Assembly: GCA_963827685.1 (NCBI GenBank) | Contig: CAWHBU010000004.1 | Location: forward strand, 288,001-352,000 | Direction of reading: 5' to 3' | Source of the DNA: an uncultured delta proteobacterium | GTDB taxonomy: Bacteria; Desulfobacterota; BSN033; UBA1163 | Length of the DNA: 64,000 nucleotides | Shown here: one piece after another, positions 38,667 to 49,033 of the stretch | How positions within the stretch are numbered: the first letter of the stretch is position 1 | Layout of the letters: each line of letters starts with the position of its first letter | Made by a program: the position numbers and the translations under genes | The notes under the pieces: generated by a model | Seen by the model: only the letters and a program-made list of their open reading frames with translations | What the model was told of the DNA's origin: nothing | Databases searched by the model: none

Positions 38667-40229
38667 TCAATACTTAGTCGGCCAGTTGGCCAGCCGGTGT
38701 TGGCTAACACCGCCCGTTCGCCGGTCCTGGCAGATCTGCAGGGCCCGGATAATGTAATTTCGAGTATCCTTGGGGTCGATCACGTCATGAATATAATGCA
38801 TTCCAGCAGCTGGATATGGGGCGCTGTCTTTGATCATCTGCTCCACGAACTGTTCCTTCTGGGCAATGAGCTCCGGCGAATTTTGCATTTTCCCCGCGAA
38901 GACGACGTTGGCGGCGATCTCCGGGGCCACGAAGCTCATCTCGGCGGTGGGCCAGGCCACCAGGAAATCTGTGGCGCATCCCGAACCCGACATGTTCCAG
39001 AAGGCCATGCCATAGGATTTGCGGACGATGATGGAAATTTTCGGGACCGTGATTTGTCCCAGAGCATTCATATAATTCATCACCCGCGCACCGACCCGGT
39101 TTCGCTCGGCCTCCCGGCCCACGAGAAATCCCGGGGTGTCATGGAAAAATAGCAGGGGGATGTTGAAAGAATCGCAGAGGACCAGAAAGCTGATCACCTT
39201 GTCGATCCCGTTCGTGTCCATGGCGCCGGCGTTGGAAAAGGGCTGGTTGGCCACGATGCCCACAACCTCACCGCCAATGCGCGCCAGGGAGGTGATGACG
39301 CTCTTGCCGAAGAGCGGCTTCAGGGGAAAGAGCGTTCCCCCATCCACGATCCTTTGAAGGATTTTATTCATGTCGTAAACTCGATTCCGCTTTTCGGGGA
39401 GCAGTTCCAAGATACGGTCCATGCCGCTTCCCGAATCTTCGGGGACTGATTTGGTCGGTGGCCGTTCATCGCAATGGGAAGGCATGTAGGAGAGGAATTT
39501 GCGGATGATGGCAAAACATTCTTCCTCGTTTTCCGCCACCCGGTCGGAGTTGCCGGTGATCTCCGCATGCACTTTCCAGCCGCCGAGCTCTTCGTCCGTG
39601 AGGTGTTCACTGATGGCCAGCTCGAGTACCCGGGGGCCAGAAACTCCCATGGCGCTCCCCTTCACCTGGACGACGAAATCTGACAGGCAGGCCATCCAGG
39701 TGGGCATGCCATAGCACTCTCCCATAATGGCGGTCACCATGGGAGATTTGCGTACGCGGCTCATGATCTGCAGAAAGGTATCATGTCCTCCGCCCCCAAT
39801 GGAAGCTAAACCCTTGGAGCCCATGATGTCTGGCATGCGGGCCCCTCCAGCCTCTCCCAGGTAGATGAGCGGAAACCCTCTGCGTGCGGCGCCCAGCTTG
39901 ACATCCCCTTCCTTACGCCCTGCCACCCGGCTGGAAGTGGCTGCCAGGACAGTGAAATCATTGGCTACCACTGCCACGGTCCGGCCGTCGATTTTTCCGT
40001 ATCCCGCAATCTTGCTGTCAGCCGGGGTCTTCTCCTCCATGCCGGGCACATCCGAGCAATTGAGCATACCCGTTTCGAAAAAACTGCCGGGGTCCAGAAG
40101 ACGACTGATCCGTTCGCGGGCCGTAAGCTTTCCCTGATCATGGTGGCGCTTCACTTTTTCCGGCCCGCCCATTTGCAGCGCCTTTTCCCTGCGATGTTTT
40201 AACTCTTCTAACTCCTTCTCAAATGGCAT
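38667..40229 (-). CDS. Acyl-CoA carboxylase/decarboxylase carboxyltransferase subunit
   Basis: MGG....HH..GKLTARERI..LLDPGSF, GGARMPD, GIVANQP, CDSFNIPL...DTPGF.VG, DVIDPKDTR. Confidence 0.93.
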   Translation of the reverse strand: MPFEKELEELKHRREKALQMGGPEKVKRHHDQGKLTARERISRLLDPGSFFETGMLNCSDVPGMEEKTPADSKIAGYGKIDGRTVAVVANDFTVLAATSSRVAGRKEGDVKLGAARRGFPLIYLGEAGGARMPDIMGSKGLASIGGGGHDTFLQIMSRVRKSPMVTAIMGECYGMPTWMACLSDFVVQVKGSAMGVSGPRVLELAISEHLTDEELGGWKVHAEITGNSDRVAENEEECFAIIRKFLSYMPSHCDERPPTKSVPEDSGSGMDRILELLPEKRNRVYDMNKILQRIVDGGTLFPLKPLFGKSVITSLARIGGEVVGIVANQPFSNAGAMDTNGIDKVISFLVLCDSFNIPLLFFHDTPGFLVGREAERNRVGARVMNYMNALGQITVPKISIIVRKSYGMAFWNMSGSGCATDFLVAWPTAEMSFVAPEIAANVVFAGKMQNSPELIAQKEQFVEQMIKDSAPYPAAGMHYIHDVIDPKDTRNYIIRALQICQDRRTGGVSQHRLANWPTKY

Positions 40230-40458
40230 CCTGTCTCCTATTGCTCATCTCTTGATAAGAGGGAGCACCGCCGCCAGGCCGTAAACAGAACGTGCAACTT
40301 GTAACCCCTATGTTGCAACTCCCAGGACCAAAATCCCTTCGTCCAGTTGGCCACAAGACGCAGAGTGCTTTTTCCCTGCGTCTATGCAGATCGTCTATGA
40401 GGTTTTTTACGGGCGCCCTGCGCAATGGTTACGAATGTTGGCAAACCGAACCAGGGCA

Positions 40459-41211
40459 TTATATCGTAGACCCACCATCGATGGCGATCACCTGCCCTGT
40501 TACATAACTCGACGCGTCCGAGGCCAGGTAAATAATGGCCCCCACCATCTCCTCGGGTTCGGCTGGCCGCGCCAACGGAGTTCTGCTCATTGCCATATTA
40601 AGGATGTCCGGGTTTTTCCAAAGAGCTTCGCTGAAGCGAGTTTTGGTTAAGCCGGGGGCGATGGCGTTTACCCGGATATTGTATTGAGCCCATTGCTGAG
40701 CCATCACCTTTGTGGCCATAATCACGGCAGCTTTGCTTATGGAGTAAACGGGCAATATGTCAGGGGTAATTCCAGCGACCGAAGAAACATTGATAATTTT
40801 GCCTCCACCTTTTTCCTTCATCACCCTGGCCACCGCCTGACTCAAGAAGAATAGCCCCTTCAGATTCAGGTTCATAATTGAATCCCAGGCGCGATCGTCT
40901 ATGTCTATAGCCGATGCCATCGTGGGATTCGTGGCGGCGTTGTTCACCAAGATGTCGATCTTCCCGAACTCCTCCAAGACTCTCTTAACGAGATTATTGA
41001 TTTCTTCCACCTTGCCTACATGGGCCGGTACGGGCAGGCATTTCCTTCCCGTTTTCTTTATTTCTTCTGCTACCTTTTCTAAGTCGGGGAGTTTCCGGCT
41101 GGCAATGGCAACGTCGGCACCGGCCTGGGCCAATCCGATCGCTGTCACTTGACCAATCCCCCGACTGGCTCCGGTGATGAGGACAACCTTGCTCTTTAAA
41201 GAGAATTCCAT
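40459..41211 (-). CDS. SDR family oxidoreductase (DHRS4-like)
   Basis: TGASRGIG, NNAATNP, YSISK, IAPGLTKTRFSEALW. Confidence 0.94.
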   Translation of the reverse strand: MEFSLKSKVVLITGASRGIGQVTAIGLAQAGADVAIASRKLPDLEKVAEEIKKTGRKCLPVPAHVGKVEEINNLVKRVLEEFGKIDILVNNAATNPTMASAIDIDDRAWDSIMNLNLKGLFFLSQAVARVMKEKGGGKIINVSSVAGITPDILPVYSISKAAVIMATKVMAQQWAQYNIRVNAIAPGLTKTRFSEALWKNPDILNMAMSRTPLARPAEPEEMVGAIIYLASDASSYVTGQVIAIDGGSTI

Positions 41212-41338
41212 TCTTTGTTACCTCCTGTGGGTGATGAGATTTCTGGACTTCTCAATGTGAAAGTCATTTCTAACTTTTCTCCGAAAAGCGTAATATGGTA
41301 TTGGCATACGCAGTTTAAAGAAGAAACCTATCAAGACT

Positions 41339-41396
41339 TCAGAATTTTGTCGGGCAATTGGCCAGCCGGTGTTGCTTAATACTACCCCTGGGCCGA
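41339..41396 (-). pseudogene. 3' remnant of a carboxyltransferase paralog
   Basis: Encodes RGSIKQHRLANCPTKF* vs GGVSQHRLANWPTKY* at the end of 38667-40229; shares ttggccagccggtgttg. Confidence 0.65.
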
Positions 41397-41581
41397 ATGA
41401 TAAGAACTCGTTTTGATTGGATTGAATATAAGAAAAACGGAGTTGTCTGTCAAGCAACAAGGGGACTCTTTTTCCCTTGACTTGAGCATCCCCTTTGTCA
41501 GGATCTTTAGTAACCCATTTCGGCAGAACTTCCCGATCCTTGCTTCACCCTCAATCATTCAAAGAATGAAGGATCGTTTGC

Positions 41582-42277
41582 TCACTTCGGCTTAAGAGGT
41601 TCTGTATCCTTGAAGATCACATCGGTGAGTCCCACATTGACCTGGTAATTCGAATAGGTAATTTCAACCTTGCCGGTAATGGTCTTGGTCTTCTGCCCAA
41701 ACTGTGTGAATTCTTTCATCCCACTTGGTTCCTCAGAGGGCATGTCAAGCTGGAGGTTAATATGTGTCGGGAGCTCAAAATTACCAAACATTCCATATTC
41801 AATCGTGGCTTTGACCTCCCTTCCTTCGGATGGTGACATTCTAATTTCTATGATCAGGTTGCGGTCCGTGTCTATCGTCAATACAAATCCCTTGCGATAG
41901 GTGTCTGCATCCATCGGAGTGAGTTTCAGTCTGATTGCCTTTCTACCATTATAGATCAGGCAGTCTACCAGTCTAATATCGAAATCCTTCTTTTTGAATA
42001 GAGAGGGATTGAAATAAGCGCCCTCCTTAGGAAGGAAGAAGATCCTTTTGGACTCCACTTTTATTTTATCGGGAGCCTTATAATAAAGCCTGGCTTGCAT
42101 ATCCGGTGCTTTGAGAGCTTCAATGTCAAAATGCACGTTCACGTCAGCCGTGTAATCCTTCAACCCGGAATATTTGTTTTCTATTGAATCGAGATAGCGA
42201 GAGGCATCTTCCTGGGCTTGAATCAATTCAGTTGAAAGAAGAAAAAGGATCCCCGCCAAAAATAAAAGTTTTTTCAA
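41582..42277 (-). CDS. Exported LolA-like (lipoprotein-sorting fold) protein
   Basis: Signal peptide, LKDYTADV, YYKAPDK, W/T-ID..R, YSNYQVNVGLTD.IF terminus. Confidence 0.65.
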   Translation of the reverse strand: MKKLLFLAGILFLLSTELIQAQEDASRYLDSIENKYSGLKDYTADVNVHFDIEALKAPDMQARLYYKAPDKIKVESKRIFFLPKEGAYFNPSLFKKKDFDIRLVDCLIYNGRKAIRLKLTPMDADTYRKGFVLTIDTDRNLIIEIRMSPSEGREVKATIEYGMFGNFELPTHINLQLDMPSEEPSGMKEFTQFGQKTKTITGKVEITYSNYQVNVGLTDVIFKDTEPLKPK

Positions 42278-43116
42278 CTCTTAATATCCTTTCTGCTGAA
42301 AACGATGAAAGCGATCGAAAACAAGCCGATATTGTGGAAACCGAGAACCATGGCTGATCGTGCTATTTCCTGCCACGGTATCGGATCATCAAAAAATCGC
42401 TGCCAGAAGACCATATAGGTTGTGAAAAGATAGGGGCTAAGCATTCGAAAGAAATCGAAAGGAAAGTTTCCAAGAACAAGAAAGACAATGACGACAGCCA
42501 TGGTGCCAATAATAGGGCCGATGGAGTTCTCCGCCAGGGTCGAAAAAAGAAAAGCAATGGATGCCACCACCGTCATGGACCAGACAGCAGCTGTAAAGGC
42601 AAGGAGCATTCTCATGGGAACTTCCGCCTCGGGAATAAAGACGATGCGGAGTTTGGTTTGATAATTCATAATTAAATCACCGTGGCCAAACAACAGAAGA
42701 CCAAGGATGATGCATATCAGGGCGAGAAAGATCACCAGTCCTGTTGTGTAAAAAAGGGTTGTCAGGTACTTGGCTGTAATGATCTTACCTCGAGAAGGGG
42801 GTCGTATCAACAGAAGCCTCACGGTCCCGGCGGTGGCCTCGCTTGAGACAATGTCTCCCGCAACTAGGGTGATGAAAAAGGGGATGTGTATATGGAGGCT
42901 GTTCATAATGAAGGCCGTAATGAACCAACCATTCAGGACATTTCCAAAGATGAGGAAATCCTTCTGGAAAGATCTCATCATACGATAAAGGATCTCATTG
43001 GCACTCAATTTCATCACCACTTCCGTCATGATGACAATCAAAGCGATGAAGCCAAAACTGATGTACGTGCGCCATCGGCTGAATATCTTGTAGGTCTCAA
43101 ACCAGAACAGCTTCAT
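42274..43116 (-). CDS. ABC-2 type exporter permease
   Basis: Six TM; AGDIVSSEATAGTVRLLLIRPPSRGKIITAK; FSRKDI terminus. Confidence 0.9.
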   Translation of the reverse strand: MKLFWFETYKIFSRWRTYISFGFIALIVIMTEVVMKLSANEILYRMMRSFQKDFLIFGNVLNGWFITAFIMNSLHIHIPFFITLVAGDIVSSEATAGTVRLLLIRPPSRGKIITAKYLTTLFYTTGLVIFLALICIILGLLLFGHGDLIMNYQTKLRIVFIPEAEVPMRMLLAFTAAVWSMTVVASIAFLFSTLAENSIGPIIGTMAVVIVFLVLGNFPFDFFRMLSPYLFTTYMVFWQRFFDDPIPWQEIARSAMVLGFHNIGLFSIAFIVFSRKDIKS

Positions 43117-44084
43117 ATATCAGAGATCCCTTCAGTGATCTTCAAAAAGAAATCTTCGAGTGTTCGATGGGGATAAAAGGATATGACCTCGACATGATTC
43201 GAAACGAGAAACCTGTTCAACTCGGAAGCGTGACCGGGCTCAACACACAATTCAATCTTACCCCCCTCGACGGAAAGGACCACAACCCAGGGGAGTTTCC
43301 TGAGAAGTTCGACCGTTGACCCAAAAGGTGAGACTTGGATGGAATACTCCAGGGGTTCTCTGTTAAGCAATTCAGAGACAGATCCTTGAGCAATCAGCTC
43401 ACCCCGATTGATGACCGCCATCCTGGTCGCAACCAGTTCGACTTCCGAAAGGAGATGAGAAGAAAGAAAGATGGTCATCTTTTTGTCGGTGGCGAGCTTC
43501 TTGATCAGCCCTCTGACTTCTTTCATTCCCTGTGGATCGAGTCCTGCAGTCGGTTCATCAAGGATAATTAGTTCTGGTTCGGTCAGCAGAGCCTGAGCGA
43601 TTCCGAGTCGTTGCTTCATTCCGTGCGAAAAAGTCTTGACTTTTTCAAAAGCACGCGATGTCAACCCGACCACATCGAGCGCTTCCAAGATCTCTTTCTT
43701 TTGAACAGGGCGGGTCATTGAGCCCAGTATTTCCAGATTCTTATAGGCGGAAAGGTAGAGGTAGAAATCCGCTTTCTCGACAATTCCACAGACCCGTGAG
43801 AGGACGACATGGCGGTGTTTATGAAGATCCATCCCAAACATTTCAATCGAACCTGAAGAAGGCATAAGAAGCGTTAGGATCATGCGTATGGTGGTACTTT
43901 TCCCCGCGCCATTTGGACCGAGGAAACAGAAAACATCCCCACGGTGGACTTCAAGATTTAAATCCTTGGCAGCCCAGCGTTTTCCAAACTTCTTGCTCAA
44001 GCCATGGGTTCGCAGAACAACTTCTTTGCGGGATAGGTTTTGCACGACATCACATAGGACAGAGGAGTCTTTTTTGCCCTCCAC
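43113..44084 (-). CDS. ABC exporter ATP-binding protein (BcrA-like)
   Basis: GPNGAGKST, FSHGMKQRLGIAQAL, LDEPTAGLDP, SSHLLSEVE. Confidence 0.93.
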   Translation of the reverse strand: MEGKKDSSVLCDVVQNLSRKEVVLRTHGLSKKFGKRWAAKDLNLEVHRGDVFCFLGPNGAGKSTTIRMILTLLMPSSGSIEMFGMDLHKHRHVVLSRVCGIVEKADFYLYLSAYKNLEILGSMTRPVQKKEILEALDVVGLTSRAFEKVKTFSHGMKQRLGIAQALLTEPELIILDEPTAGLDPQGMKEVRGLIKKLATDKKMTIFLSSHLLSEVELVATRMAVINRGELIAQGSVSELLNREPLEYSIQVSPFGSTVELLRKLPWVVVLSVEGGKIELCVEPGHASELNRFLVSNHVEVISFYPHRTLEDFFLKITEGISDI

Positions 44085-44134
44085 CTGTTATTTCCCAACC
44101 TCAACTCATTGATCCTCGAGTTCCATGGGATCAC

Positions 44135-45090
44135 TTATTCCGGATAAAAACGGATTCCAAGCTCAAAAGCGTCATCACTGAATTCATCAGGGATAGGAGG
44201 CAAAGGTTCTGCCTTCTTAATCGCTCGCATTGCCATCTGGTCGTAATGGACATTGCCGGACCTTTTTTCAAACCATGATTTTTTAATTTTGCCGTCCCTT
44301 TCTATGATGACGACAATGATTGTCTCCAAGTCCGTTTTCCCTTTGGGAAGACCTCCGGGGAGGGTCCATTCCTTTTTGATTTTGGCCCATATCGTACTAT
44401 AGTAATCGTTTAGTTTGGATTCCAATGCAAAGGAACCTCCGGAGGAAGAACCCCAGGATGATCCGCCTGATGGGGAACCTACTGACCCCGATCCGGTTCC
44501 CGATCCCGTTCCCGCTCCGGATCCGGAGACAGTCGGCCCTTGAGATAGACGAGTCACTGGAGATTCCCCTTTCGTCCCCTTCTCCGATCTCTCACGTCGG
44601 GCTACCTTTTTTTGAATCTCTTCAAGGGCTGCCTTTTTATCAATATCCTCGATGGCCTCTTGAAGAGACTTCAGAGAGGTTTTTCTTTTTTCCAAACTCC
44701 ATCCCTTCTCTACATTCTCCACCTTCTTTTCCGCTTTTTTCTGACGCGATTTTATGGCCTCAGCTTTTTCAGTCCCTTTTTGATTCACAACGGGCTTCAG
44801 TTTTTCACCCGGCGGAGAAGCGGGCAGTTCGGCGGTCCGACTGGGGGCCCTGGAATGGCGCTACCGAAGGGGGATCCGTTTCCTTGAGGCGAAAAGGGTC
44901 GAATGGTAACTCGATAAACAGAAGAGTGCATTTTTGTAATGGTAGGCCTCAGGCCGAGGATGAGGGCGGCAACGAGGGTAATATGAAGGAGCAGTGAGAA
45001 AATCCCCGCTTTCAGCAATCCGCCCTTATCGGGAAAAACTGGACCGTTCAAAAGAGAAGGTTGCACTCTTCCCTTTTGTAATGTTCTCAT
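44135..45090 (-). pseudogene. tolA: TolA/TonB-like energy transducer split by a 1-nt frameshift near 44835
   Basis: 44797-45090 has the SLLLH TM anchor; 44135-44788 has the Lys/Glu linker and C-terminal domain (IKKEW..P, SGN..YD..A.RAI.KA.PLP); frames join with one missing base. Confidence 0.75.
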
Positions 45091-45497
45091 TTCTTCAACT
45101 CAATCCCTAAACCAGGGTTCTTGACGCCCGATTGCGTTAAGACATCCATCACCTGTATCACGGAATCATATTTGACATTCTTATCCCCGTTAACAATCAC
45201 AAACGCGTCCGGCTTACTCCTCATCATGGCCCTCAGCTTATATTTGAGTGTCTCTAAATCAAGTTTCGCATCCTCTAAGAACACCTCTCCCTGAGCATTA
45301 ATGTTGATCATGATGTCTCGCGATGTCTCCTCAGATTTCGATGCCTTGGGCAATTGAACTTTCAGACTGGATTGATAAATGAAAGGGGTGGCGATCATGA
45401 AGATGATCAATAGAACCAGAACCACATCGGTAAAAGGGGTGATGTTAATTTCTGCCATTAATCGGGATCTTCTATTTTTTCTCTTCATGTGATTCAT
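45087..45497 (-). CDS. ExbD/TolR family protein
   Basis: EINITPFTDVVLVLLIIFMIATP, GDKNVKY; ATGA overlap with the upstream gene. Confidence 0.93.
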   Translation of the reverse strand: MNHMKRKNRRSRLMAEINITPFTDVVLVLLIIFMIATPFIYQSSLKVQLPKASKSEETSRDIMININAQGEVFLEDAKLDLETLKYKLRAMMRSKPDAFVIVNGDKNVKYDSVIQVMDVLTQSGVKNPGLGIELKK

Positions 45498-46117
45498 CCC
45501 CCGCCCATCAGGTCGATTAATTCGGAAGCGCATAATTCCATATCATTGATAAAACGTTCGACTCTTTTCATAAAATAATTGAATGCGATGACTGCAGGGA
45601 CAGCTACAAAAAGCCCCATGGCCGTGCAGACCAGTGCTTCGGCCACTCCCCCGATGACAATGCTCATTCCACCGGCTCCGGCGACGGCAATATCATGAAA
45701 TGCCCTGATGATCCCGAGCACTGTTCCAAAGAGCCCGATATAAACAGCCGTGTTGCCAATGGTTCCCACGATGCTCGTGAAACGCTCTAATTTTGTGGTT
45801 TCGACCGTGATCTCTCGCTCCATCGCGCTGGATATTTGTTTTTCATGGTGATCATGGAGCACCAGTCCGGAATAAATGACATTCGAGATAGGCGCATGAG
45901 TGTGCTTGCAGATTTCCATGGCCTTTTCAATACTCCCACTTTTCAATGCCCTTTTTATTCTCGTCATAAATTCCGATCTTTTGGTTCGGGATAGTCTTCT
46001 GTAGTAAATGATCCTTTCCAAAAGGATGGTGATGGATAAAAAAGAGCAGAAGAGTAGGATGTACATCGTGAAACCACCAATCTGAATGATTTCCCACACG
46101 GTTTTCCCTGCAAACAT
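45494..46117 (-). CDS. MotA/TolQ/ExbB proton channel protein
   Basis: IGLFGTVLGIIRAF, GVAEALVCTAMGLFVAVPA. Confidence 0.94.
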   Translation of the reverse strand: MFAGKTVWEIIQIGGFTMYILLFCSFLSITILLERIIYYRRLSRTKRSEFMTRIKRALKSGSIEKAMEICKHTHAPISNVIYSGLVLHDHHEKQISSAMEREITVETTKLERFTSIVGTIGNTAVYIGLFGTVLGIIRAFHDIAVAGAGGMSIVIGGVAEALVCTAMGLFVAVPAVIAFNYFMKRVERFINDMELCASELIDLMGGG

Positions 46118-46241
46118 CTCATTCCTCCTTTAGAAATTCTGCATTGCATTGGTTCAAGGGATGTGAAAGTTCCTTCGTCAATCAATATTACTTATCTGTT
46201 AAGATTTGGCAAGAACTATCGTTGGTTCCATTTATAGGGGG

Positions 46242-47171
46242 TTAAGATGGCGCCAAGAATCTTCGAGTTTCTTCCAGGGTGGGGATTCCTTTTCTTCCAC
46301 CAAGTTCTCGGCATTTGAGGGCTGCCACCGCATTGGCAAATCTCAAAATCTTCCTTGCCTCCCAATTCTGCAATAGGCCGTAAATGAACCCTGCATGAAA
46401 GACATCGCCTGCACCCGTCGTATCCATGGCCTTTACTTTGAATCCTTCAGCATAGAGGGTTTTCCCATCTATCAACGCCATGGCACCTTCACGGCCCAGT
46501 GTCGCGCAGAGAAATCCAGGAGTGTGTTTTTGAAGTTCGAGAAAAGCCTTTTTTTGATCTGAAATTCCAGTGTAGAGCGTGGGGAACCTTGATGAGGTGA
46601 TGACAAAGTCAACCTTCTTAATCAGCTCAGAGGTGAGAGGTTCCACTTTATCGAGGTCAACGATGGTTGGAATTGCTTCTTCCCTTGCCCACCTGGCACA
46701 CTGAATGGCAGTATGGATGTCATGCCCGTCTAAGTGGAGGAGTTTTCCAGAGCAGATTTCCTCCTTTCGAAGTTCTCCTTCGCGATACATCAATCGTTCG
46801 TCTCGATTCCAGAGGATCGTTCGTTCTCCCGAGTCACCATCCACGATAATCGTGGCAAACTGATTTGCGGCATTGGGTTCGGTTGTCACCGAGGAGACAT
46901 CCACTCCTTCCTGACGAATGGAATGGAGAGAGAATTGCCCCAAATCATCCTCTCCAACTTTTCCAATATATTTTGTTTTTACTCCCCATCGACTCAGGGC
47001 CACCATGGCGGTAGCTACCTGACCTCCCCCTTGTCTGGAAAACCGGAGGATCTCCATTTTTGAATTCGAGGTGGGAAATTCTGGAACCACACAAAGGAAA
47101 TCGACGGAGTTGAGGCCCATCCCCACCACATCAAAAGGCTTGTCTGTGGCGAGAGGAAGATTGAATCGCAT
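46242..47171 (-). CDS. PfkB family carbohydrate kinase
   Basis: GGGQVATA, GKVGED, DTTGAGDVFHAG. Confidence 0.93.
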   Translation of the reverse strand: MRFNLPLATDKPFDVVGMGLNSVDFLCVVPEFPTSNSKMEILRFSRQGGGQVATAMVALSRWGVKTKYIGKVGEDDLGQFSLHSIRQEGVDVSSVTTEPNAANQFATIIVDGDSGERTILWNRDERLMYREGELRKEEICSGKLLHLDGHDIHTAIQCARWAREEAIPTIVDLDKVEPLTSELIKKVDFVITSSRFPTLYTGISDQKKAFLELQKHTPGFLCATLGREGAMALIDGKTLYAEGFKVKAMDTTGAGDVFHAGFIYGLLQNWEARKILRFANAVAALKCRELGGRKGIPTLEETRRFLAPS

Positions 47172-47253
47172 GGCTATTTCTAAGAACTTTTGAACAGGAT
47201 TTCAAGTTTTCATCATTTATATAAACAATATAAACAAGCCAATAGATGAGGAG

Positions 47254-47427
47254 ATGAACAATCCAGTAGGCATCTTTTTCATGGCTTACGCCCATTATAT
47301 GAAGGCCGAAAAGGGCAAGACAAGGAAATATCTGAAGCAGTTGGAAGGTTACGATAAGTTAGAAGAGGATTATGAATACCTTTTTGAACTTATAAAAACA
47401 AAGACAAAACATTTTGAAGGGGTTTAA
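47254..47427 (+). pseudogene. Short AT-rich ORF (57 aa), possibly a TPR-like gene remnant
   Basis: MNNPVGIFFMAYAHYMKAEKGKTRKYLKQ resembles a TPR helix pair. Confidence 0.3.
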
Positions 47428-47496
47428 AGTAACGGGTAGTGATACGCCTCTGTCCTTCTCTCCTTAAAAGAAATAAAAAAAATATGTCTTCCATGA

Positions 47497-48294
47497 CTAA
47501 CGATTAATTTTAGAGGATGAAACCTCCTTGATGAAGCTGTCGGGATAATTTTTGAAAATCTTCTTGTCTTTTAAAAACTGAGCGGCTTCATTTTCATCCG
47601 TAAATTGTCCCACAAGGACTCTGTATAAGGTCCCTCTGCTCCTGCTTTTCATAGTTATCCAATAGACCTCCAACCCTTCCTTCTTAAAAGCTTCTACAAG
47701 CTCGCGAACGTTTTCCATATCGCGAAATGCCCCGACCTGTATAGCGAAATATTTTCCCTGGGGCGAAGGTTTATTGAGTTTCACCGTTTCCAGAGGTATG
47801 GGCATTGGTTTTGCTTTTTCTGTTTCTTGCTGAGGACTTTTCACGGCTTCCTGTTTCGTCTGAACCGGAAGTGATTCAGAAGGGGGTTTTGAGGGCGCAG
47901 CAGGAGAGGGTACAACAGAAGGGGGAGGCAAGGCTGCTGAAGTGGTAGCGGCAGCAGGGGGTTTAGGGGCAGCTGGAGAGGGGACAACCGTAGGGCGTTT
48001 CGGGGGTGATGGAGGAATGACAACAGTTGGCGGCTTGGTATCGCCCGTTTTGAAAAGATCGGGGATGATCGTCGGCTTCAGGGTAGTAATCGCGAAGATC
48101 GACGCCAATATAATAAAGAAAATGGATGCGATGATGATCATCGAGCGGTATGATCTTTTTTTAATCTGTTTCGGTTTTTGCCTTCCAGGAATTGAGGTTC
48201 CTGCTGCTTCCTCTTTTTCGATATCGGCAACACGCTGATACATGCTATCCAATTCACCGAGGAGTTCTTCTTCCGGAATCTGTTTGTCTTTCAT
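47497..48294 (-). CDS. SPOR-domain membrane protein (single TM, Pro-rich linker)
   Basis: FAIQVGAF, YRVLVGQF....EA; AAGGAG RBS. Confidence 0.9.
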   Translation of the reverse strand: MKDKQIPEEELLGELDSMYQRVADIEKEEAAGTSIPGRQKPKQIKKRSYRSMIIIASIFFIILASIFAITTLKPTIIPDLFKTGDTKPPTVVIPPSPPKRPTVVPSPAAPKPPAAATTSAALPPPSVVPSPAAPSKPPSESLPVQTKQEAVKSPQQETEKAKPMPIPLETVKLNKPSPQGKYFAIQVGAFRDMENVRELVEAFKKEGLEVYWITMKSRSRGTLYRVLVGQFTDENEAAQFLKDKKIFKNYPDSFIKEVSSSKINR

Positions 48295-48348
48295 CTTTAA
48301 TGTCTCCTTCTTCGATGGATGGGGCCCCGTTCTTGTTTGCGGCCTTTT

Positions 48349-48987
48349 TTAGTCATGGATTCTTTTTAGATAACGACTTGCCACGATGTCGGCATCTAAT
48401 CCTATGCATTGGGCATAAGCCCTCAAGAAGCCTTTTAGGAATGTCCTGGAAGGGGTTTTCTCAAACTGGTCATCCTCGATCGCATGTAAGTAGACAATCC
48501 GGACCTTCACCATTTCTGCGATCTCCTCAAGAGATACCCCCAATTCATCCCTGATCTTTTTCAAATCTTCTCCTGATAAGGCATCATGGGTGAGAATTTC
48601 CTGAATCACGGGGTTTGAAGACACGATCGGTTTTAGTCTATCTCTTATTCTTAATGCCGTATTGGTGCCAGGATGTTTCGCATCGGCCAGGAGACTCAAC
48701 TTTTTGCCATCCCGCCGATATCGCCTCTCCTTTTCAAGGATACCGCGTTCAATGAGTAACTGATCATAGTGGGATCTTTTCTTTTCATCCATCAGGGTGG
48801 AATACGCCCCATCCAGTTTCACGAGTATTTCCTCCCGTTCTTCTCGGGAAAAAAAAGAGTAGCTTGCCAGAGAATCGTCATGATAGAGTTGAACCATCTC
48901 TTTATATGCCTGATGAACCTCGAAAGGTGAGGCATCGAATGCAACTTCCAGAAGTTCATAGAAGTTCAGATCCTCAAGTCTCTTCAT
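48349..48987 (-). CDS. J-domain-like + XRE/RodZ-type HTH protein
   Basis: NFYELLEV...AS..EV..AYK....YHDD, AYSTL.D..KR..YD; GEDLKKIR...GVSLEEIA, LHAIEDD, GFLRAYA. Confidence 0.85.
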   Translation of the reverse strand: MKRLEDLNFYELLEVAFDASPFEVHQAYKEMVQLYHDDSLASYSFFSREEREEILVKLDGAYSTLMDEKKRSHYDQLLIERGILEKERRYRRDGKKLSLLADAKHPGTNTALRIRDRLKPIVSSNPVIQEILTHDALSGEDLKKIRDELGVSLEEIAEMVKVRIVYLHAIEDDQFEKTPSRTFLKGFLRAYAQCIGLDADIVASRYLKRIHD

Positions 48988-49033
48988 ACGATGATGACCT
49001 ATTGTTAAAACCCACTTAAGTGAAAGCCGGGGC

